This document shows positions 57,356-64,000 of a DNA stretch of 64,000 nt, in pieces; position 1 is the stretch's first letter; every line of letters starts with the position of its first letter. The stretch covers positions 62,001-126,000 of the IMG/VR virus record IMGVR_UViG_3300027736_001324; one strand, given 5' to 3'. Both the position numbers and the translations under genes were made by a program. The notes under the pieces are model-generated. The model was not told where the DNA came from. It did not search any database and saw nothing but the letters and a program-made list of their open reading frames with translations.

Positions 57356-58912
57356 ATGGCAACCAATAATGCAGGACCTTCGTTAGTAAAGAATCCCTAT
57401 ACAAAGACGAAATTTAAGAATGATAAGGAATTACAGGACTTTATAAAGTGCTGTGACCCAGACACAGGTTATCTATACTTCATGGATAACTTCTTTATGA
57501 TACAACACCCTACCATGGGCAGCTTAGTATATCATCCATACGGATATCAAAAACGATTAATAGAAACTTATCATAACTATCGCTATAGTATTAGCTTGAT
57601 GCCACGACAGTCAGGTAAATCAACAAGCGCAGCCGGATACTTACTCTGGTATGCCATGTTCAAACCAGACAGTACGATTCTTATCGCAGCACATAAGTAC
57701 ACGGGCGCACAAGAGATCATGCAGCGTGTTCGTTACGCATATGAAAACTGTCCAGACTATATCAAAGCAGGTGTAACAACATATAACAAAGGCTCATTGG
57801 ACTTTGAGAATGGTAGTCGTATTGTAAGTGCAACTACAACTGAAAACACAGGTCGTGGTATGAGTATTACACTACTATACCTTGACGAGTTTGCGTTCGT
57901 TAGACCAAGTATCGCTAAAGAATTCTGGACAGCTATTACTCCAACATTAAGTACTGGTGGTAAAGCTATTATCACAAGTACACCAAACAGTGACGAAGAT
58001 CAGTTTGCCTTCATCTGGAAAGGTGCTAACAAAACTGAAGATGAATTTGGTAACACAACTGAATTAGGTATCAATGGCTTTAGAGCATATAGAGCAGAGT
58101 GGCATGAACAACCAGGTAGAGATCAGAAGTGGGCTGATGAAATGAAAGCACAGCTTGGTGAGGATCGTTTCAACCGAGAGATTGGTTGCGAATTCATTAT
58201 CGCTGATGAAACACTTATTAATCCTAATACATTATTAATGTTAGAAGGAATAGAACCAGTTAGTCGTATGGGACAAGTTCGTTGGTATCAGAAGCCAAAA
58301 AAGGGCAGTATCTATACAGTATCATTAGATCCAAGTCTTGGTACAGGTAGTGATCCAGCGGCAATACAAATCTTTGAAGCAAATACTGTTACACAGATTG
58401 GTGAGTGGAAACACAACAAAACTGATATCCCAACACAGATTAAACTTATTGCACAAATAAACAAATACATAGTTGAATGTACAGGTGAACCAAACAATTT
58501 ATATTATTCTGTAGAGAATAACAGTATCGGTGAGGCCTCATTAGTGTCATTAAACGAATATGGAGAGAACAATATCCCCGGAACATTCATTAGCGAACCG
58601 GGCAAGAAGCGTAAGGGCTTTAATACTACAAACAAGAGTAAATTAACCGCTTGCGCCAAGTTTAAGACATTACTAGAAAGCAAGAAACTAACCATTAATA
58701 GTCGTAGTCTTATCAGCGAGTTGAAAGCGTTTGTAGCACATGCGGGTAGTTATGCTGCCAAGATCGGTGATACAGATGATTTAATTATGGCCAGCTTATT
58801 AAATGTCAGAATGATTCAAGAATTAGGGTCATATCACTTTGAATTAGATAGTTATGTCAAGGACCACGAGGAATTTATTGCACCCTTGCCCTTCTTTGCC
58901 GTGCTAAGTTGA
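57356..58912 (+). CDS. Terminase large subunit (T4 gp17-like)
   Basis: Walker A 'PRQSGKS', 'GRG.S', Walker B 'LLYLDEFAF', 'ITSTPN', nuclease 'SLDP...DDLIMA'. Confidence 0.95.
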   Translation: MATNNAGPSLVKNPYTKTKFKNDKELQDFIKCCDPDTGYLYFMDNFFMIQHPTMGSLVYHPYGYQKRLIETYHNYRYSISLMPRQSGKSTSAAGYLLWYAMFKPDSTILIAAHKYTGAQEIMQRVRYAYENCPDYIKAGVTTYNKGSLDFENGSRIVSATTTENTGRGMSITLLYLDEFAFVRPSIAKEFWTAITPTLSTGGKAIITSTPNSDEDQFAFIWKGANKTEDEFGNTTELGINGFRAYRAEWHEQPGRDQKWADEMKAQLGEDRFNREIGCEFIIADETLINPNTLLMLEGIEPVSRMGQVRWYQKPKKGSIYTVSLDPSLGTGSDPAAIQIFEANTVTQIGEWKHNKTDIPTQIKLIAQINKYIVECTGEPNNLYYSVENNSIGEASLVSLNEYGENNIPGTFISEPGKKRKGFNTTNKSKLTACAKFKTLLESKKLTINSRSLISELKAFVAHAGSYAAKIGDTDDLIMASLLNVRMIQELGSYHFELDSYVKDHEEFIAPLPFFAVLS

Positions 58913-58930
58913 GTTTAAGATAAATACATT

Positions 58931-61900
58931 ATGCCTACGAATACAGAATCACTAAACCGCGAATTGTTTAGATTATTGTCTAAATATAAACCAAAACCCC
59001 TGGATGCTGAGGGCAAAGCCACTCCTGTTCCAGAAGAAGCAGATATTTTCAAGTTTGAATTCACTAAAGACGGAGAAGATTACGGAACTGTTTATGTTAC
59101 ATTAGATGATGAACGTGTACTGACTGTCTATTTTGGCGATGACGTATCCGATAGTCCCGGCGACAAAACACCTGGATTAGATTATGATGACACATGGAGT
59201 GGGTTACTACATCAATTAAGTTCTTGGAGAATGACCAAGGGCCTAAGAGGATTCAAAACACAAAACAAAGACCGAGTCGGAGATGACATGGCAAGAAGGA
59301 ACCATATGAGAAACAAAGATAAAATAGCAGAGGGTTACTACCCAATGGGCAAGAGTCGCAGTTATAGTGATGCTGTACCTAGCGTAAAGATTGTTATTGA
59401 ACATAGCCGTGTCATTGAAGAAGGTGAACAACGCTATCGTAATATCAATAGAATTTTCTTAGAGAATCAAGACGGTGAACGCTATTTACTTGATACTAAG
59501 AAGCCTGGTATTGCCCGTGTCTATGCTAGACATATTGCTGAAGGTGGCAAAGTCAATGATGACCGTTGGAGTCATATTGGTAATCTTTGTGAAGAATATC
59601 AAAAGATGGCTGGATTTGTCCGTGCTACACGTAATGGACAATTCAATGAATCAGCACAAGCATTAGTTAACGAAGGACTAGAACACTATCAAAGTCTACG
59701 TGAATCATTAAGCCGTATGACTGGTAAGCGTGGATATAACGCTTATTTTGAAAGTTGGACTCCACCTTTGATGGAAGATGGAACTGAAGAAAACAATCTA
59801 AACGAATTGTTTGTACAAGAGACATTAGATCCACGCATTGAAAGCGTAATGCCAATATTGAATAGAATACATAAAAAAGTTTCTGAATCAATAGTTGATA
59901 AAGAAATGAACAAGTTAGCAGAGTGGGCTGATAGTTTAGTTGAAGAAGAAAGTCTAACAAGTAATAATCCAGGTGGCATTCCTGAAGATCGCAGTTTAAA
60001 GACAGAGGCCAAGTACGATCCAACCGTCGATGGTTCACACAGCTACGGCACAGATTTGCTATTCAATATTCGTATGCTATACATATATGCTAGAGACGGT
60101 AGGGACACCCGTCATCAGATTGCATCGTTGAAGAATTTAAAAGATGGAATTGAACAAAGTGAAGAACCGCGTCTTATCCAGTGCTACGACTACCTAATGA
60201 AGAATCTTGCTGGTGGAACAGTGACTGATCCTAAAATGATAATGCAAATAGCAGATAAGGCTCATCAATTATTTCACCCAAGCCTTGAACCCATTGCACA
60301 AGCAACTCGTGAGGGTGTAGAAATGGAAGAAGCTATTACTCCAGGTGCTTCTTTACAAAGATTTAGAAACGATCCTAGAGGTAATGAAAAATTACCTGCA
60401 AAAGAAGTTGACGAAGGCAGTTCAGAAAACAAATATTCTAACTTATCTAACCGCGGAGTAACTCGTGGAATAAATCGTGCCGCTGATGATTTTGACAGAT
60501 TTATGGACCTTGACCAAGTAGAATCACCACATTATAAAACACAACATCAACAAGATACAAAGCAAAGACTAAAAACAAAACCAATGGCAGGTCCTAAGGG
60601 GCAATTACCTGAAGAGCAAGGTGTGGCGGAAGAAGGTCTTGATGCTAATCAAAAGCGTGTAGGTCAATTAGGCCCAACAGAGAAAGTTAAAAACAATAAC
60701 ATTGGTAAACTAGTCGGTGCTAATGAAAACTTTATCAACCAAGCTAGCCAAGCAGTTACAACTGAAGAAGATGAGGGTATGTTTGGTAGATCCAAAAACG
60801 ATAAACGTTATTTAGATAAATTTGATCCAACTGAAGTGATGAACATCAGTGATGATCCTAGTAAGGCACATAAAACAACGGGCAAGGGTTCATTAAGAAC
60901 ATCTAAGGAAGATTTAGAATTTGCATTTGGACCACCCGGAGAAGATGATACATGGGTTTTAGAATTTGGTAATGGATTAATTGCTACTATATATCCTCAA
61001 TCTAACAGTGGTGGCATGGATTGGATCATAGGTGGTAATCATCCAGACACTGAAGATTTTGTGCATATGGCTTATTCGGCTGCGCTTGATGATGAACTTG
61101 AAGAAGGTGAACATACTCAACATGCCATGCGCGGCCGCAATCCTGGTGCTAACGAATTTGAACATGATTTTGAAAATGATAAGATTGATAACATCCATGA
61201 CAAGATATCAAAGATGTTAAAGAGATTAGAGAAACCAAAACATGAACCAAGTATGAAAGATACCGATCTTGGCAATACATTACATGAAGTAGACACTGGT
61301 GAATATGATGCCCGTAAATCAACTCATAAGGGTGAAACTACTCCAGAACAGGAAAAGGAATTCCGTAAGAAAGTAGACACATACGGCAAAGAATTAGAAC
61401 AGAGACAAAAAGAAAAGGGTAATGTAAAAGAAGGGCAAGAAGATTTTGATGCTATTCTAAGAATCATTAGCAAGAAAAATGTGAAAGAAAGCATCCAATT
61501 AAATGAAAGTCTCATGGATTCATTGAACAGTATGATTGCTAAAATTAAAGCAATGCCAGGAATACAAAAATATATTCAAATGGCACAATCCAAGAAAGCA
61601 GAATTGACTCAAGCATTACAACATAGTGCAAATGGTAAAGATTTAGTTGCAAACATTCAACAAGCAGTTGGCGGACAACAAGCTGTAGCTGAAGGTTGGG
61701 GTCAAAAAATCGGCGGCGCTGTGGCTGCTAGTGCAGGCGGCGGTCTATTAGCAGGTGCTGCCGACATTATGATGAGAGCATATATTGCTATGGGTAAACC
61801 AGATTTAACACAGATGATGAATGACCCTAATGGTAAAAATGCTTTGGTACTAGTATCAATGTTAGTTGTATTGGGTGCATTAGCAATGTTTGCCGGCGGC

Positions 61901-61996
61901 CATCAAGTTAAACAAGGTATGGACAATGATATCGGACAACAAATGCGTGAAGGTCAAGAGGACCTAGACGCTATTCTAAGAATCATTAGAAAATAA
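58931..61996 (+). CDS. Modular acidic head-associated protein (putative prohead-core / internal polyprotein)
   Basis: Follows terminase, late motif upstream, many (V/L/I)xE-(G/S/E) junctions, duplicated C-terminal 'EGQED.DAILRII'. Confidence 0.5.
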   Translation: MPTNTESLNRELFRLLSKYKPKPLDAEGKATPVPEEADIFKFEFTKDGEDYGTVYVTLDDERVLTVYFGDDVSDSPGDKTPGLDYDDTWSGLLHQLSSWRMTKGLRGFKTQNKDRVGDDMARRNHMRNKDKIAEGYYPMGKSRSYSDAVPSVKIVIEHSRVIEEGEQRYRNINRIFLENQDGERYLLDTKKPGIARVYARHIAEGGKVNDDRWSHIGNLCEEYQKMAGFVRATRNGQFNESAQALVNEGLEHYQSLRESLSRMTGKRGYNAYFESWTPPLMEDGTEENNLNELFVQETLDPRIESVMPILNRIHKKVSESIVDKEMNKLAEWADSLVEEESLTSNNPGGIPEDRSLKTEAKYDPTVDGSHSYGTDLLFNIRMLYIYARDGRDTRHQIASLKNLKDGIEQSEEPRLIQCYDYLMKNLAGGTVTDPKMIMQIADKAHQLFHPSLEPIAQATREGVEMEEAITPGASLQRFRNDPRGNEKLPAKEVDEGSSENKYSNLSNRGVTRGINRAADDFDRFMDLDQVESPHYKTQHQQDTKQRLKTKPMAGPKGQLPEEQGVAEEGLDANQKRVGQLGPTEKVKNNNIGKLVGANENFINQASQAVTTEEDEGMFGRSKNDKRYLDKFDPTEVMNISDDPSKAHKTTGKGSLRTSKEDLEFAFGPPGEDDTWVLEFGNGLIATIYPQSNSGGMDWIIGGNHPDTEDFVHMAYSAALDDELEEGEHTQHAMRGRNPGANEFEHDFENDKIDNIHDKISKMLKRLEKPKHEPSMKDTDLGNTLHEVDTGEYDARKSTHKGETTPEQEKEFRKKVDTYGKELEQRQKEKGNVKEGQEDFDAILRIISKKNVKESIQLNESLMDSLNSMIAKIKAMPGIQKYIQMAQSKKAELTQALQHSANGKDLVANIQQAVGGQQAVAEGWGQKIGGAVAASAGGGLLAGAADIMMRAYIAMGKPDLTQMMNDPNGKNALVLVSMLVVLGALAMFAGGHQVKQGMDNDIGQQMREGQEDLDAILRIIRK

Positions 61997-62006
61997 AAAG
62001 GGTAAA

Positions 62007-62033
62007 TAAACCTCACTTAAAAGGTGAGGTTTA
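62007..62033 (+). terminator. Hairpin after the modular protein gene
   Basis: taaacctcac-N7-gtgaggttta. Confidence 0.55.
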
Positions 62034-62045
62034 CCACATCTGGCA

Positions 62046-62082
62046 TAAATACATTGACAGGTTGAGAAAGTAGTGCTATACT
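62046..62082 (+). promoter_or_regulatory. Tandem late motif (TAAATA 62046-62051) and sigma70 promoter for the SSB gene
   Basis: TTGACA (62054)-17-TATACT (62077). Confidence 0.75.
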
Positions 62083-62161
62083 TACTCATCGTGTTAGTTA
62101 CTTCATAGTGAAGTAGCGAATTAAAAACGAGACCATCTCAAATTTATAAGGAAATATTATT

Positions 62162-63166
62162 ATGGCATCATTAGCAGAAATCCGCGCACGTATCGCAGCG
62201 CAAGACAATAAGTCAACAACAAAGAGTTCTAACACTCAATCAGATAATTCTATCTACCCCCACTGGAATATGGACGAAGGCACAACAGCCGCAATTCGTT
62301 TCTTGCCCGATGGCGACACAAAGAACGAATTCTTCTGGGTAGAAAAACAAATCATTAAACTTCCATTCAATGGAGTTAAAGGACATCCTGAAATGAAACA
62401 GGTTGTTGTTCAAGTACCTTGCGTTGAAATGTATAACGATGGTTCAACTTGTCCTATTTTGGCTGAGGTTCGCCCTTGGTACAAAGATGAGACATTGAAA
62501 GAAATGGCAAACAAATATTGGAAGAAGCGTAGTTACATCTTTCAAGGCTTTGTACGTCAGAACCCACTTGGTGATGACAAGACTCCTGCGAATCCAATTC
62601 GTAGATTCGTTATCAGCCCACAAATTATCCCAATCGTTAAGAGTGGATTACTTGATCCTGAAATCATGGAATTGCCTACAGATTATACACGTGGTCTTGA
62701 CTTCAATATTAAGAAGTCTAGCAAAGGTGGCTATGCTGATTACAGTACAAGTAACTGGGCACGTAGAGAAACAGCATTGACTGAGGTTGAACAAACAGCA
62801 ATCGAGGCACATGGATTGTTTGACCTTAGTACATTTTTACCGAAGAAGCCAGGTGAAGCTGAATTGCGTATTTTGAAAGAAATGTTTGAAGCATCAGTAG
62901 ATGGTCAACCATACGACAACGAACGTTGGGGACAATACTATCGTCCATGGGGCTTAGATGCTCCAGCTGGTTCACAAACTGAAGCAGCGCCCTTGCCAAC
63001 TCGCACTGCACCAGCAGCACCCGCAGGTCTACCCGCTTGGGAAGATGATGTTGCGGCAGCAGAAGCATCTTTCACTAGTCCAGTTGTAGTTCCTACAGCG
63101 GCTCCGTCAAGTGATAAAGCACAAGACATTCTAGCAATGATTCGTGCTAGACAAAACAAGTCTTAA
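62162..63166 (+). CDS. Single-stranded DNA-binding protein (T4 gp32-like)
   Basis: 'LAEIRA', 'IRFLP', 'PC.E...CPI', 'G.DF...K..KGGYADYSTS', acidic tail, next to uvsX. Confidence 0.88.
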   Translation: MASLAEIRARIAAQDNKSTTKSSNTQSDNSIYPHWNMDEGTTAAIRFLPDGDTKNEFFWVEKQIIKLPFNGVKGHPEMKQVVVQVPCVEMYNDGSTCPILAEVRPWYKDETLKEMANKYWKKRSYIFQGFVRQNPLGDDKTPANPIRRFVISPQIIPIVKSGLLDPEIMELPTDYTRGLDFNIKKSSKGGYADYSTSNWARRETALTEVEQTAIEAHGLFDLSTFLPKKPGEAELRILKEMFEASVDGQPYDNERWGQYYRPWGLDAPAGSQTEAAPLPTRTAPAAPAGLPAWEDDVAAAEASFTSPVVVPTAAPSSDKAQDILAMIRARQNKS

Positions 63167-63171
63167 TCTAA

Positions 63172-63191
63172 ATAGGGGCTACGGCCCCTAT
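63172..63191 (+). terminator. cUACGg-capped hairpin after the SSB gene
   Basis: ataggggc-tacg-gcccctat. Confidence 0.7.
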
Positions 63192-63205
63192 CTTAGGAGA
63201 ACACT

Positions 63206-63445
63206 ATGACATTACCAGACGAAAGATATCGTGCCTTAAAGCAAGGCAAAAAATTATTAGAGGAGTTGTGTGATCCTGGACGTACACCACGTGTACCTAG
63301 TTTAATCAGAGACCGCGCAAGAGCCGCACTACGTCACTATCCGCAAGATTGGGAAATTGATTCAATTGCAGAAAAATGTCCCGATATACTTGATAAAATA
63401 TCATATTCTGATAGAATGTATCTTAATGGTACAAATAACCGATAA
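63206..63445 (+). CDS. Hypothetical protein
   Basis: AGGAG RBS; 'MTLPDERYRA...TPRVP...LRHYP'. Confidence 0.7.
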   Translation: MTLPDERYRALKQGKKLLEELCDPGRTPRVPSLIRDRARAALRHYPQDWEIDSIAEKCPDILDKISYSDRMYLNGTNNR

Positions 63446-63465
63446 CAAAGAAAGAGAGATTATCA

Positions 63466-64000
63466 ATGGCAAAACCATTTGACGTATCGAAATTTAGAAA
63501 AGAAATTACTAAGTCAATTGAAGGACTTAGCATAGGATATAACGATCCAACAGATTGGATCAGTACAGGAAATTATGGACTTAATTATCTCATTAGCGGG
63601 GATTTTAATAAAGGCGTTCCTCTTGGTAAAGTTACTGTCTTTGCCGGAGAGTCTGGATCAGGAAAATCATTCATCTGCTCAGGAAACCTCGTCAGACACG
63701 CACAACAACAAGGAATCTACGTTGTCTTAATTGATAGCGAAAACGCCTTAGATGAAAAATGGCTACACGCATTGGGTGTAGATACAAGCGAAACTAAATT
63801 GCTTAAACTAAACATGGCTATGATTGATGATGTGGGTAAGACTATATCAGAATTTATGAAGTCATACAAACTAATGGCAGAAGATGATAAACCAAAAGTA
63901 TTGTTTGTCATTGACAGTCTTGGTATGCTATTGACTCCAACTGACGTTAATCAGTTTGAAGCAGGTGATATGAAAGGTGATATGGGTCGTAAGCCTAAAG
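63466..64000 (+). CDS. uvsX: RecA-like recombinase (UvsX), 3'-truncated by the window edge
   Basis: Translated by hand: 'ISTG...LN', Walker A 'GESGSGKS', 'DSENALD', Walker B 'FVIDSLG'. Confidence 0.93.
   Translation, partial: MAKPFDVSKFRKEITKSIEGLSIGYNDPTDWISTGNYGLNYLISGDFNKGVPLGKVTVFAGESGSGKSFICSGNLVRHAQQQGIYVVLIDSENALDEKWLHALGVDTSETKLLKLNMAMIDDVGKTISEFMKSYKLMAEDDKPKVLFVIDSLGMLLTPTDVNQFEAGDMKGDMGRKPK

Noticed and set aside
51997-58912. Introns or inteins in thyA or terminase
   Set aside because: Both ORFs are continuous and of normal length with all motifs in order. No homing endonuclease or intein motifs were seen.
1-64000. Stop-codon reassignment as seen in some large phages
   Set aside because: Standard-code ORFs are long, tightly packed and motif-complete, so no recoding is needed to explain them.

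Overview
This AT-rich window is a segment of a large lytic T4-related (myovirus-like) phage genome, coded almost entirely on the + strand in the standard code. A betaproteobacterial host is inferred from the porin type and the tmRNA tag ANDELFALAA. In order it contains: the 3' part of a giant (>3600 aa) virion protein and tail-fibre genes; a ~25 kb late cluster of glycosyltransferase-like, sugar-modifying and tailoring genes ending in a 2014-aa protein built from ~65-aa tandem repeats; a circularly permuted two-piece tmRNA gene; a porin, then a Pho box-pstS-plcP-like phospholipase C-glycosyltransferase block; an early region with sigma70 promoters and a MoxR AAA/vWA pair; thyA, an epimerase, spanins, putative internal head proteins, terminase large subunit, a modular head-associated protein, gp32-like SSB and the start of uvsX/recA. 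The most notable observations are (1) a candidate phage-encoded phosphate-starvation lipid-remodelling module, (2) the permuted tmRNA, and (3) a late-promoter grammar that suggests leaderless late mRNAs (TAAATA-N5-ATG) and start-codon-masking hairpins. Family assignments come from motif recognition by eye, not database searches.
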